Below, piece after piece: positions 21,114 through 30,998 of a DNA stretch of 64,000 nucleotides. This DNA comes from Burkholderiaceae bacterium (lineage in GTDB: Bacteria; Pseudomonadota; Gammaproteobacteria; Burkholderiales; Burkholderiaceae_C). The translations under genes and the position numbers were made by a program. Location: positions 3,959 through 67,958 of the forward strand of contig JAFMFB010000008.1 of assembly GCA_017856435.1 (NCBI GenBank). Reading direction: 5' to 3'. Under the pieces are notes generated by a model. It made no database searches, was not told the DNA's origin, and worked only from the letters and a program-made list of their open reading frames with translations. The first letter of the stretch is position 1. Each line of letters begins with the position of its first letter.

Positions 21114-21581
21114 GTGAAAATTAATGATGCCGTAAGCGGCGTGATCCTGCTCTTGTTGTCTTTGGCCGTACTCTTCAGTATCAGTGCGTACCCAAAAATT
21201 CCTGGACAAAACGTTGGCCCGGCGGCGTTCCCAGCGATGGTGGCCTTGTTGTTGGCCGCATGCGCGATCGGACTGATCTGGCGCGGGGTGCGGGCAAAGG
21301 GTCAATGGCTGGTCCCTGGACCCTGGCTCAAGTCTGGCCCCCATGTGCGAAATTTCCTACTGACCAATCTCTGCCTTGTTTTCTACATACTCGTCTCGGA
21401 CAAACTGGGCTTCATCCCGTCTGCTGCGCTGGTGCTGGCAGTGATGTTCTGGACCTTGCGGGTGCGCCCGGCGTTCATTCTTCCCTTGTCAGTTGGGGTC
21501 ACTCTGTTGATTCACCTGATTTTCTACAAGGGTCTGCGGGTTCCTCTGCCATGGGGTGTCCTGCTGCCCTGGCAGTGGTAA
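21114..21581 (+). CDS. tctB: Tripartite tricarboxylate transporter small membrane protein TctB
   Basis: About 155 aa with 4 transmembrane helices. It begins (GTG)KINDAVSGVILLLLS, as TctB proteins do. The start is uncertain; the ORF is open from 21063. Confidence 0.8.
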   Translation: MKINDAVSGVILLLLSLAVLFSISAYPKIPGQNVGPAAFPAMVALLLAACAIGLIWRGVRAKGQWLVPGPWLKSGPHVRNFLLTNLCLVFYILVSDKLGFIPSAALVLAVMFWTLRVRPAFILPLSVGVTLLIHLIFYKGLRVPLPWGVLLPWQW

Positions 21582-21594
21582 GGAGATAGCGGGT

Positions 21595-23088
21595 ATGACG
21601 ACGGCTGTCTTGCTGCAGGCTTTGAGCCTGATCCTGGATCCTTATGTTTTGACCGTGATTTTTTTCTCAGCCCTGTTTGGCCTGTTTGTGGGCTGCATCC
21701 CCGGGCTGACGGCGACCATGGCGACCGCTTTGCTGGTCCCGATCACCTTCTTCATGCCACCTGTTCCAGCAATTGCCGCCATTGTGACGGCCACGGCCAT
21801 GGCAATTTTTTCAGGCGACATCCCCGGGGCACTGTTACGCATCCCTGGGACGCCTGCTTCAGCGGCCTATACCGATGAAACTTATCGCATGACCTTGAAG
21901 GGTCAGGCCGAGCTTGCGCTGGGAGCTGGCCTGGTGTTTTCTGCGATTGGTGGTTTATTTGGCACCCTGGTGATGATTCTCTTTGCACCAGCGCTGGCTG
22001 AATTTGCCCTCAGGTTTTCATCGTTCGAATATTTTTGGCTGGTGGTGCTTGGACTTTCAGGCGCCTTGATCGTCGGTGCTGCGGGCCGCCTCAAATCGGC
22101 CGTGTCACTGCTGCTGGGCTTATTGGTTGCCTGTATCGGACTGGAAAACCCTGCGGCCCATCCTCGCTTCACTTTTGGCATCAATGACCTGATGGGCGGG
22201 GTGGAACTGATTCCCATGATGGTGGGCATGTTCGCCGTCTCGGAACTGTTGAGGTATGTGACCAATATGGACCCGCCCGCTGTCATCGTGACAGAAAAGA
22301 TTGGCAATATTTTTTCAGGTATGTGGGGGCTGCTCAAGCAATACCGTTGGCCTTTGGTCCGTGGATGTGCGGTGGGCACTGCGGTGGGTGTGCAACCAGG
22401 CGCTGGCGCTGACATGGCCGCCTGGATGAGCTATGCCATGAGCAAGAAATTTTCCAAAGAACCTGAAAAGTTCGGCACAGGTCATGTCGAAGGCGTGATC
22501 GAATCAGGGGCGGCAAACAATTCTGCAGTTTCAGGCGCCTGGATTCCCGCCATGGTTTTTGGCATTCCGGGTGACTCGATTACTGCGATTGCAATCGGGG
22601 TGCTGTATATGAAAAACCTCAACCCCGGCCCAACCCTGTTCACCAATCATCCTGAAAATATCTACGCGATCTTCATGGTGTTCATCCTGGCCAATCTGGT
22701 GATGTTGCCATTGGGTTGGCTCACTGTGAAACTGGCCACCAAAATTCTCAAGGTGTCCAGCAATATCCTGATGCCATCGATTCTTCTGTTCTGTATCGTC
22801 GGGTCCTTTGCCATCAACAACTCGGTGTTTGGCGTCACCTTGATGTTGCTGTTTGGGCTGGCAGCATTTGTGCTGGAGGAAAACGGTTTTCCGGTGGCGC
22901 CAGCCATTCTGGGGGTCGTGCTGGGAAAAATGCTCGAGGAGAACTTTGTCACCTCGATGATCAAGTCGGATAGCGATCCAATGGTCTTTTTCACTCGGCC
23001 GATTGCCATGTGGCTAGCCCTGGGTACGATGGTGGTTCTTCTCTGGCCGCTTGGGGCAAAGATTTTGCAGCTTATCCGAGGTCGATAA
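21595..23088 (+). CDS. tctA: Tripartite tricarboxylate transporter large permease TctA
   Basis: About 497 aa and polytopic. AAGGAG SD lies before the ATG at 21595. GIPGD and SGAANNS motifs are typical of TctA. Confidence 0.9.
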   Translation: MTTAVLLQALSLILDPYVLTVIFFSALFGLFVGCIPGLTATMATALLVPITFFMPPVPAIAAIVTATAMAIFSGDIPGALLRIPGTPASAAYTDETYRMTLKGQAELALGAGLVFSAIGGLFGTLVMILFAPALAEFALRFSSFEYFWLVVLGLSGALIVGAAGRLKSAVSLLLGLLVACIGLENPAAHPRFTFGINDLMGGVELIPMMVGMFAVSELLRYVTNMDPPAVIVTEKIGNIFSGMWGLLKQYRWPLVRGCAVGTAVGVQPGAGADMAAWMSYAMSKKFSKEPEKFGTGHVEGVIESGAANNSAVSGAWIPAMVFGIPGDSITAIAIGVLYMKNLNPGPTLFTNHPENIYAIFMVFILANLVMLPLGWLTVKLATKILKVSSNILMPSILLFCIVGSFAINNSVFGVTLMLLFGLAAFVLEENGFPVAPAILGVVLGKMLEENFVTSMIKSDSDPMVFFTRPIAMWLALGTMVVLLWPLGAKILQLIRGR

Positions 23089-23174
23089 ATTCAAATTGGA
23101 GCCCTGCAGTTGGATGGCAGGAGCCAACTTGCGGGCCGCAAAACCGTAATGGTTTGAGCAGAAACCTCCCAGTG

Positions 23175-25052
23175 TCAGGGCAGGCTTTTGCGGCCTCGCA
23201 TCTGCAGCATCACAACGATTGCTATCAAGGAAAAACCGATTGCATCAGACATTAGCCCGGGCTTGATCAGGCTGATAGCCGCGATGAAGAGCAGTACGCG
23301 GTGTAATGGCGTGGCCAGTGTGATCAGCCAGCCAAACAGACTGGCAGCAAGGACAACAACGCCTATGAAAGCCGAGGCAAACGACCAGACAGCCTCATAC
23401 CACCGGGTTCCATCCTGCAGGATCAGGAGTAATGAGGGCTCATAGACAAACATGAAGGGAACAATATAGGCCGGTGCTGCTGCTCGCATGGCGGCAAAGC
23501 CTGATTCCCACATATTGGCTTTGGCCAGACCGGCCGCGGCAAACACCGCCAGCGCCACAGGCGGAGTGATCGCCGAAAGGATGGCGAAATAAAAGGCAAA
23601 CATATGCGCTGCGGGTGTGACAACCCCCAGTTTGATGATGGCCGGAACCAGCAAGGCCACCATCACGATGTAAGCGGGTGTGGTTGGCATACCCATGCCC
23701 AGAACAATACCGGCAATGGCGGTCAGCAGCAGGGCCATGAACAGGGTGTTCTGGGCGAGGTCAATAACGACCTGGGTGAAGACAATTCCCAGGCCGGTAA
23801 TCGTGACGCAACCGATCACGATACCGGCACAGGCGCAGGCCATCGCAACCGAGAGGGCCGCGCGAGCCCCTTCTTCCAGTGCGCGCATGGCAGTCTGCCA
23901 GCTAATGCCTTGGCGGGTGAGGCTTCGCATCATGGCAACCGGCAGGCAGGCCAGGGCAGCGATCAGGGCGCACAGCGGCGCTGAATAGCCCATGAACAAT
24001 CCAACCAGAATAATCAGGATCGGGGTGAACAGATGGCCTCGCTCACGCATCACCTGACCCAGTTGGGGAAGTTGATCCTTGGGTACGCCTTGCAGGTTGA
24101 AGCGTCGAGATTCAAAGTGGACTGCAAAGAAGACCGAGGCGTAGTACAGGACGGACGGAATCAGTGCCCACAGGGCGACCTGCAGATAAGGCACGGCCAG
24201 GAATTCAGCCATGACAAACGCAGCAGCGCCCATGACCGGGGGCATCAGTTGGCCGCCGGTGGAAGCAACCGACTCCACCGCAGCTGCAAAGGGAGGGCGG
24301 AACCCTGAACGCTTCATCAGCGGAATGGTGATCGGACCGTCCACCATCACATTGGCCACCGCGCTGCCTGAGACCGTGCCAAACAGGGAGGAGCTGACGA
24401 CCGCAACCTTGCCTGGGCCACCGGCACTGCCCCCGGTGATCGATAAGGCAAAGTCCATGAAAAGCTGGCCGGTACCACTTTTCTCCATGAAGGCACCGAA
24501 AATCACAAACAGCATGACGTAGGACGCTGATACGCCCAATGTCGAGCCGAAAATGCCCTCGGTCGAGAGGTACAACTGTTCCATCAGTACCGGAAATTTG
24601 ACTCCGGTAAAGGCAGCCGAGTAAATGACAAATGCCAGGGCCGTCAGAGGCAAAGCCCAGCCGATCACGCGTCGCGTACCTTCCAGCACCACCACGATCA
24701 TGACAATTGAAAAAAACATATCCAGTCGTGTCAGATCGTCGATGTAGATGATCCGGTTGACGAAGGTCTGGTAGTCCAGAAGGATATGCAGAACGCCAGC
24801 CAGGCCTAGTCCTAGAAACAGCAGATCTGTCACGCGCCAGACTAGGCCGGGCCTACTCAGCGGGTAGAGCAGGAATACCAAGCCTAGCGCAAACATCAGG
24901 TGGATGCCACGAAAAATCACCGCCTCAGGCGGGCCAAAACCAGCCACATACATGTGATACAGGGACATGGTCACTGCCAGGGCGGTGACCAACCAGCGTA
25001 GGAACCAGGCCGTCGGATCGACGGCCTGGTTTTCATCAGAAACGACTTGCAT
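23175..25052 (-). CDS. TRAP transporter fused permease (DctQ-DctM fusion, TAXI-associated type)
   Basis: 625 aa and highly hydrophobic. It lies directly downstream of a TAXI solute-binding gene on the same strand. Confidence 0.9.
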   Translation of the reverse strand: MQVVSDENQAVDPTAWFLRWLVTALAVTMSLYHMYVAGFGPPEAVIFRGIHLMFALGLVFLLYPLSRPGLVWRVTDLLFLGLGLAGVLHILLDYQTFVNRIIYIDDLTRLDMFFSIVMIVVVLEGTRRVIGWALPLTALAFVIYSAAFTGVKFPVLMEQLYLSTEGIFGSTLGVSASYVMLFVIFGAFMEKSGTGQLFMDFALSITGGSAGGPGKVAVVSSSLFGTVSGSAVANVMVDGPITIPLMKRSGFRPPFAAAVESVASTGGQLMPPVMGAAAFVMAEFLAVPYLQVALWALIPSVLYYASVFFAVHFESRRFNLQGVPKDQLPQLGQVMRERGHLFTPILIILVGLFMGYSAPLCALIAALACLPVAMMRSLTRQGISWQTAMRALEEGARAALSVAMACACAGIVIGCVTITGLGIVFTQVVIDLAQNTLFMALLLTAIAGIVLGMGMPTTPAYIVMVALLVPAIIKLGVVTPAAHMFAFYFAILSAITPPVALAVFAAAGLAKANMWESGFAAMRAAAPAYIVPFMFVYEPSLLLILQDGTRWYEAVWSFASAFIGVVVLAASLFGWLITLATPLHRVLLFIAAISLIKPGLMSDAIGFSLIAIVVMLQMRGRKSLP

Positions 25053-25081
25053 CGGTAAAGAAATCCCTGCTTAGGGTGAGG

Positions 25082-26038
25082 TCAGAGTGCACCAACTTCC
25101 TTGTAATAACGGGCAGCACCAGGATGCAGTGGCACACCAATGTCGGCCGCCATCATCTTTGGGGTAAGTTCTGCTATGGCTTTATTGATGGCTGTCATGG
25201 CAGGAATATTGCTGGCCATGGTCTTGGTCATTTCATAAACGGTTTTTTCGTTCATGTCGCAACCCACCACGATATGGGTCAGGTAACCGATTGCAGGAAC
25301 ATCCTTGGTCTGCTTGGGATAGGTGCCAGCCTTGATGATCAGTCGGTTGTAGCCGGCGTTGACTTTTTTCAGGGCGTTCATGGTGTTGTCATCTACCGGG
25401 ACCAATTCGACATCTCGGGCACTGGACAAATCCATGACCGACGAGGCCGGGGCTGTTGTGCCTAGCGTGAATACCTGAGCGTGGCCATCCTTCATCAGTG
25501 AGACCGCATCGGTGTAGCTGGCCTGGAAACTGACTTTGCTGAGCGCCTGGTAATCCATATTGTTGAGTTTGAGCACTTGGGCGGTCAGCAGTTCGGCTGT
25601 ATTGCCTCTGGGTTGCGTGACGACAGATTTACCCTTGATATCGGCAAAGGAATTGACTTTGGCGTTGGACAATGCCACCACCTGGAAATACTGTGGGTAG
25701 ATGTTGCCCAACTGGCAGACCTTGGTGGTCGCTTCCTTGTAGGGCGGGCGACCGGCTACACCGTCAACCGTGCTGCTGGAATTACCAAAACCAATTTGCG
25801 CTTTACCCGAATTAACCCCCAGCACATTGGCAATACCCGCGCCCGGCGTCGAGGTGATCTGAAGCCCAGGGACGGCTTTCTCCCACATATTTTTCAAAGC
25901 GCCGCCCAAGGGTACCCAGACACCCCCTTGAGGTCCGGTCATCATGGTGACCTGCTGTGCCATGGATACCATAGGTGTGGCGCACAATGCCATAAAGGTC
26001 ATGCTGGCAAGGGCAAAAGGACGAAGTTCCTTTTTCAT
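25082..26038 (-). CDS. TAXI family TRAP transporter solute-binding subunit
   Basis: Signal peptide MKKELRPFALASMTFMALCATPMVSMA. GGVWVPLGGAL... and the C-terminal PLHPGAARYYKE are typical of TAXI (immunogenic-protein family) SBPs. AGGAGA SD precedes the ATG at 26038. Confidence 0.9.
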   Translation of the reverse strand: MKKELRPFALASMTFMALCATPMVSMAQQVTMMTGPQGGVWVPLGGALKNMWEKAVPGLQITSTPGAGIANVLGVNSGKAQIGFGNSSSTVDGVAGRPPYKEATTKVCQLGNIYPQYFQVVALSNAKVNSFADIKGKSVVTQPRGNTAELLTAQVLKLNNMDYQALSKVSFQASYTDAVSLMKDGHAQVFTLGTTAPASSVMDLSSARDVELVPVDDNTMNALKKVNAGYNRLIIKAGTYPKQTKDVPAIGYLTHIVVGCDMNEKTVYEMTKTMASNIPAMTAINKAIAELTPKMMAADIGVPLHPGAARYYKEVGAL

Positions 26039-26362
26039 AGTTGTCTCCTGAAAAATACAAAGCAGTCCGTTGGGAAAATTATTGCAACGGGTCGAGGACA
26101 TGAATCTATCCTAAGTCTCCGCAAATCCTGTGAATCCGGGCACGGTTTGAGGGTAAGTACTAATGTTTTAGCCTCAAACCCGGGCAGGCAGGTACCCAAT
26201 CCAAGAAGATTTCATTTTCGTCGTCCCATGGACGATTGGCTGAGTCAGCTGTCTCGTATCAGGAATCGAAACTGGCTGTGCTGGGCTACAACCCCAAGGA
26301 AGGCTGTCAGTGAAACACTGAGGTGAAATGGTAAACCGTGGATAAGTTTGGTCGACCCGGTA

Positions 26363-26463
26363 GGGTGACGGACCTCGACCCCGGCACTGGCGCCACAGTT
26401 AGGGCTGCTTGGTTCCCCACCTGACCCGGTTGGCCGCTTAGCCATGCGGGAAGGCCCGTCACC
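26363..26463 (-). ncRNA. ffs: Signal recognition particle RNA (4.5S RNA)
   Basis: The minus strand reads GGUGACGGGCCUUCCCGCAUGGCUAAGCGGCCAACCGGGUCAGGUGGGGAACCAAGCAGCCCUAACUGUGGCGCCAGUGCCGGGGUCGAGGUCCGUCACCC. The 5' GGUGACGG pairs with the 3' CCGUCACC. Domain IV elements GGUCAGGU / GGAA tetraloop / AAGCAGCC and the UCCCGC...GCCGGG pairing match E. coli 4.5S RNA. Confidence 0.8.
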
Positions 26464-27765
26464 TCAGATTGTAAGGGCCCCAGGTTTATCGCGCTGACGG
26501 CTTGTCAGGGCCAGTCCTTCAGACTTCATCGTACGGCGCAACAGATAGTAGGCAATGCTTAGATTCAGCAGGTTCCAGATCAGGCCATTGACAAAGGCAG
26601 CCTGGTAAGAACCGGTGAGATCGAAAATCTTGCCCGACATCCAGCCGCCGAGGGCCATACCAAGCATGGTGCCCATGATGAGCAGACCCACAAAACTTCC
26701 GGTATGTCTGGCAGGGAAATTTTCCCGAACGATGATGGCATAGGACGGCACGATTCCGCCCTGGAACAGTCCGAACATTGCTGCAATCAGGTAAAGCGAG
26801 ACCATGCCGTCAAAGGGTAGAAAAAACAGCAGGGCCAGGCCCTGCAAGCCTGAACCCAGCAGAAGTGTGCGCAGCCCGCCGATACGGTCACAGATGGCGC
26901 CTGAAATCAAGCGGCTGGCCACCCCGGCGGCCATCATCAGGGACAACATTTCAGCGCCCCGTGCAGCGCCGTAGCCCAGGTCAGTGCAGTAGGCCACGAT
27001 ATGCACCTGAGGCATGGACATGGCGACACAGCATGAGACGCTGGCAATGGTGAGCAATACCAGGGAACGGGCCGGGCTCAGACCAAACGGCTGATCTGAA
27101 TGCTTTTCCAAGGGGCTGGTCGCATCCAGGGGACCAGCACTGGCTGCGGCAGTCGGGGGGCGACGGCGCATCAACAACGCCAACAAGGCAATGCTGGTGG
27201 CCGAGACCAGCGCCATCCCCAGATACGCAGTCCTCCAGCCTTGGGTTTCAACAAAATGCTGGACGATGGGGGGCCATAAGGCGCCGCCGAGATAGTTGCC
27301 ACTGGCGCAGATGGCGACAGCGATGCCGCGACGACGGGCAAACCACAAGGTGGTATCTGCCAGCAAGGGCGCAAATGTGGTGGAGCATCCCAGCAGGCCA
27401 ATCAGGAGGCCATGTACCAGAGAAAATTGCGTGATGTCCTGGGCCATGGCAGCACTGCCAAAACCAAGTCCCAGGCCCAGGGCGCCAATCAGGAGCGGGA
27501 AGGTGATGCCAAACCGATCGGCCAGCCGACCCATCAGCAGACCCCCCAGGCCAAAACCGATCATCACCAGGGTGTAGGGCAAGCTGGCCGCGGCACGACT
27601 GACACCAAAATCAGCCTGAACCGCCGGCAGAACAACCGGCACCACATACATGCCACTGGCGCCCAGGGTCATGATCAGCAGGGCGACCATCAGGCGAGCC
27701 CAGGCATAGGTCGAGTCGACATCGGTGGGGGCTGCCCGGTTGAATGACTCAGCGTTGGGCTTCAT
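26464..27765 (-). CDS. MFS transporter
   Basis: 433 aa with about 12 transmembrane helices. GRLADRFG is the MFS loop 2-3 signature. Confidence 0.9.
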   Translation of the reverse strand: MKPNAESFNRAAPTDVDSTYAWARLMVALLIMTLGASGMYVVPVVLPAVQADFGVSRAAASLPYTLVMIGFGLGGLLMGRLADRFGITFPLLIGALGLGLGFGSAAMAQDITQFSLVHGLLIGLLGCSTTFAPLLADTTLWFARRRGIAVAICASGNYLGGALWPPIVQHFVETQGWRTAYLGMALVSATSIALLALLMRRRPPTAAASAGPLDATSPLEKHSDQPFGLSPARSLVLLTIASVSCCVAMSMPQVHIVAYCTDLGYGAARGAEMLSLMMAAGVASRLISGAICDRIGGLRTLLLGSGLQGLALLFFLPFDGMVSLYLIAAMFGLFQGGIVPSYAIIVRENFPARHTGSFVGLLIMGTMLGMALGGWMSGKIFDLTGSYQAAFVNGLIWNLLNLSIAYYLLRRTMKSEGLALTSRQRDKPGALTI

Positions 27766-27777
27766 CGCTTCATGCTA

Positions 27778-28716
27778 TCAGTCGATCGGGTTGGTTGGAA
27801 TCTGCGGACCACGCTGACTGAACTGGGCGATGGCGACCCCCACCAAAGCCAGGCCAGCTCCCATCAGTTTGATGGTGGTGAATTGTTCACCGGTGCCAAG
27901 CCAGGCGGTGACGCCCGCTACCAGCGGCATCAAATACATCATGGGCGCCGTGCGGGCAATGCCACGAACTGAATTCACCCAGCCCCACAGCAACCAGCCT
28001 ATGAAGGCCGACACAATGACCACCCAGAACAATCCAGCCCAGGCGGCCACACTGATACTGCGCCAGTCTATGGCTAGGGCAGCTGGCGCAGTCACCAGCA
28101 ACACCGGCGGGCTGCCTAACAGGGTGGCATAGGCCATCGTTACAACCCCACCGAGCCGATCGATCACTGGCTTGGAGGCAACCGTGTAGTACGAGAAAAA
28201 GCTGGCCGCGATCAGTAGCGTCAAGTCACCCAGGCCGGCTTGCCAGCGTGCTCGCAGGAGTTTGTCCGACAGAAAGATCAGCACACCGATGCAGGCCACA
28301 ACCACCCCCGTGATTTGTGCAGGTTGCAGACGTTCCATACCGAGGTAACGCAAGATCAGCAGGGTAAAAATTGGCCCGCAGGCCAGAATCAGTGAACTGG
28401 AAAATGCTGTTGACCAGTGAATGCCATAGGTGACGATCCCGACATGCAAAAAATGTCCGACAAACCCTAGCTTGGCCAGTAGCCATAGGTCTTGTCGGGG
28501 CAGGTGAGGCAGCCGATGCCCAAATCGGTAGAACAGCAGGAGGATGGCGCAGACGGGCATGATCAGGTAGCGCGCAAAGAGAAAAGCCGGCGGCCCGAAA
28601 CTGGCAAAGACAAATTTTTGCAGGGAGAAATTGATGCCCCAGATCAAGACCAGGAAAAGCGCCATGCCCAGGGCGATGTTCTGCTGACGGCTGGTTGCGG
28701 GTATTTGAACGGGCAT
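27778..28716 (-). CDS. DMT superfamily (EamA-like) transporter
   Basis: 312 aa with 10 transmembrane helices in two EamA repeats. It is 12 nt upstream of the MFS gene on the same strand. Confidence 0.85.
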   Translation of the reverse strand: MPVQIPATSRQQNIALGMALFLVLIWGINFSLQKFVFASFGPPAFLFARYLIMPVCAILLLFYRFGHRLPHLPRQDLWLLAKLGFVGHFLHVGIVTYGIHWSTAFSSSLILACGPIFTLLILRYLGMERLQPAQITGVVVACIGVLIFLSDKLLRARWQAGLGDLTLLIAASFFSYYTVASKPVIDRLGGVVTMAYATLLGSPPVLLVTAPAALAIDWRSISVAAWAGLFWVVIVSAFIGWLLWGWVNSVRGIARTAPMMYLMPLVAGVTAWLGTGEQFTTIKLMGAGLALVGVAIAQFSQRGPQIPTNPID

Positions 28717-28819
28717 GAAGCGGGCATTCTAAAGTGTTCCCCTAGGCAAGCTGTGAACCTCCACCCAACGGGAAATGCGGCAGACTGGACCCAGGACCTG
28801 AGACCTTAGAATCCCCCTC

Positions 28820-30658
28820 ATGTCCTATCTCGTACTCGCCCGCAAGTACCGTCCCAAACGCTTTGCTGAAATGGTGGGGCAGGAGCATGTGGTACGGGCG
28901 CTGGGAAACGCGCTGAGTACACAAAGGCTGCACCATGCCTATCTGTTCACCGGAACCCGGGGGGTGGGCAAGACCACCGTTTCACGCATCCTGGCCAAGT
29001 CTCTGAATTGCACTGGGGCCGATGGCACCGGTGGCATCACGGACGAACCTTGCGGCGTTTGTCCGGCCTGCAGCGATATTGATAACGGTCGCTTTGTGGA
29101 CTACACCGAACTGGATGCTGCCTCAAACCGTGGCGTGGATGAAGTTCAGGCCTTGCTGGAACAGGCGGTTTACAAACCGGTACAAGGTCGATTCAAGGTC
29201 TTCATGATCGACGAGGTACATATGCTTTCGAGTACGGCTTTCAATGCCATGCTCAAGACGCTGGAGGAGCCGCCGGACTACCTCAAGTTTGTGCTGGCCA
29301 CCACCGACCCGCAAAAAGTACCGGTCACCGTCCTTTCTCGCTGTTTGCAGTTCAACCTGCGACCCATGGCGCCAGAGACCGTGCTGGAGCATCTGACGGC
29401 GGTGCTGCAACAGGAGCAGGTAGAGGCCGAACCGGCTGCGCTCAAATTGCTGGCCCGCGCTGCCCGCGGCTCGATGCGTGATGCCTTGTCATTGACCGAT
29501 CAGGCCATTGCTTTTGGTGCCGGTCGGCTCGAGGAGGCTACGGTGCGGCAAATGCTGGGCAGCGTGGACCACACCCATGTCTTCACCCTGATCGAGGCTC
29601 TGGCTCTCGGCGATGGCAAGACGGTTGTCCAAACGGCCGAAAACCTGCGGCTCAATGGGCTGAGTGCGGCTTCCACCCTGGAAGAAATGACAGTGGTGTT
29701 GCAGCGCATGGCAGTTATTCAGGCCGTGCCTGAGTTGGCCCCTGCCCAGGTCCAGGACGAGCCGCAAACCATCCGGCTGGCGAGTATGTTGCCAGCCGAT
29801 GAGACCCAGTTGCTGTACAGCCTGTGCCTGCAGGGTCGCGCAGAGTTGGGATTGGCCCCGGATGAATACGCCGCTCTTACCATGGTGTTGCTGCGGCTGT
29901 TGGCTTTCAAACCCACCGGTTCATCCCCATTGGCTGAAAAAAAAACACCTGAGCCGGCTCGAACCGGCATTGACAGGGCGGTTCCTTCGTCAGCTTCAGC
30001 GGACCAGCCACAGACAGTCAAGCCCTTGGCCAACACCCCACAGCCTGCGCAAACCGCAAAAATTTCGGAACCGCCCCCGAGTCTGCGTAGCCTGCCGGTG
30101 CTGGAGAGCCCACAATCAAGGTCAAGCCCACCCCGTCAGGCGGCAGCGGCTCCGACGCCAGAGCAGGTGCTGGCCGTGCCAGTGCGCGTGGCGGCTCAGT
30201 CCCAGGTTGATCAAGCCAGCTCCAACGCATCGGTTAGTCCTCTGGTGCTGACAGAGGAAGGTGATTTCTGGCACAAGACGGTGGCGCAGCTGGTTGCCAG
30301 CGATCTGATCAGTGCCCTGGTGCGTGAACTGGCACTTCAGTCTCAGCTGGTAGCGCGCGACGGTGAACATTGGTTGCTGCGGATCGAGCGAGAATCTCTC
30401 AACGCCTCCAATAACCGGGAGCGCTTGCAAAATGCGCTGCGCACGGCCGATCATCCCGCCACCCTGAGTGTGGAAGTCGGTTGGGTGACTGATAGCCCAG
30501 CCAAGCGCATCGCCCAGGCCGCTGCCCAGCGACAATCGGCTGCCGAAAAACTGATCTACGAGGATCCCCTTGTGCAAAACATGATGCGTGACTTTGACGC
30601 GAAAATCGTTCCTGGCAGCATCAAACCCTTAGACCCCAACCCACAGAATCAAGGATAG
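28820..30658 (+). CDS. dnaX: DNA polymerase III subunit tau (and possibly gamma)
   Basis: [24 protein letters not shown], Walker [10 protein letters not shown], zinc module [17 protein letters not shown] motif, a proline-rich linker and a C-terminal tau domain. Confidence 0.95.
   Translation: MSYLVLARKYRPKRFAEMVGQEHVVRALGNALSTQRLHHAYLFTGTRGVGKTTVSRILAKSLNCTGADGTGGITDEPCGVCPACSDIDNGRFVDYTELDAASNRGVDEVQALLEQAVYKPVQGRFKVFMIDEVHMLSSTAFNAMLKTLEEPPDYLKFVLATTDPQKVPVTVLSRCLQFNLRPMAPETVLEHLTAVLQQEQVEAEPAALKLLARAARGSMRDALSLTDQAIAFGAGRLEEATVRQMLGSVDHTHVFTLIEALALGDGKTVVQTAENLRLNGLSAASTLEEMTVVLQRMAVIQAVPELAPAQVQDEPQTIRLASMLPADETQLLYSLCLQGRAELGLAPDEYAALTMVLLRLLAFKPTGSSPLAEKKTPEPARTGIDRAVPSSASADQPQTVKPLANTPQPAQTAKISEPPPSLRSLPVLESPQSRSSPPRQAAAAPTPEQVLAVPVRVAAQSQVDQASSNASVSPLVLTEEGDFWHKTVAQLVASDLISALVRELALQSQLVARDGEHWLLRIERESLNASNNRERLQNALRTADHPATLSVEVGWVTDSPAKRIAQAAAQRQSAAEKLIYEDPLVQNMMRDFDAKIVPGSIKPLDPNPQNQG
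29937..29968 (+). promoter_or_regulatory. Candidate dnaX recoding site: A9 run (slippery A AAA AAA) with a -1 frame UGA 2 codons downstream and a short GC hairpin
   Basis: GAA AAA AAA ACA CCU GAG is in frame. The -1 frame reads AAC ACC UGA (stop at 29950..29952). The hairpin GCCGG-CUCGAA-CCGGC is at 29953..29968. Confidence 0.4.
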
Positions 30659-30660
30659 AC

Positions 30661-30993
30661 ATGTTCAACAAAGGACAACTTGCCGGCCTGATGAAACAGG
30701 CGCAGGCCATGCAGGAAAACCTCAAGAAAGCGCAGGAGGAATTGGCCACCATTGAAGTCAGCGGCGAATCGGGCGCTGGGCTGGTCAAGGTGGTGATGAC
30801 CTGCAAGCATGATGTCAAGCGCATCACCATTGATCCGAGCCTGTTGGCCGAAGACAAGGACATGCTGGAAGATCTGGTGGCCGCGGCCTTCAATGCTGCG
30901 GTCCGAAAAGCCGAAGAAACCTCTGAATCCCGTATGGGCAAACTCACTGCCGGTATGCCCGGGTTGCCCGGCGGCATGAAATTTCCATTCTGA
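30661..30993 (+). CDS. ybaB: YbaB/EbfC family nucleoid-associated protein
   Basis: 110 aa. [19 protein letters not shown]... It has the canonical position between dnaX and recR. Confidence 0.9.
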   Translation: MFNKGQLAGLMKQAQAMQENLKKAQEELATIEVSGESGAGLVKVVMTCKHDVKRITIDPSLLAEDKDMLEDLVAAAFNAAVRKAEETSESRMGKLTAGMPGLPGGMKFPF

Positions 30994-30998
30994 GCTGA

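Noticed and set aside
29799-30251. 150-aa ORF in the +1 frame inside dnaX, downstream of the A-run.
   Set aside because: It is a Pro/Arg/Cys/Trp-rich shadow frame of the tau linker region, with no independent start signals. I used it only as evidence that the +1 frame, unlike the -1 frame, does not give a prompt stop.
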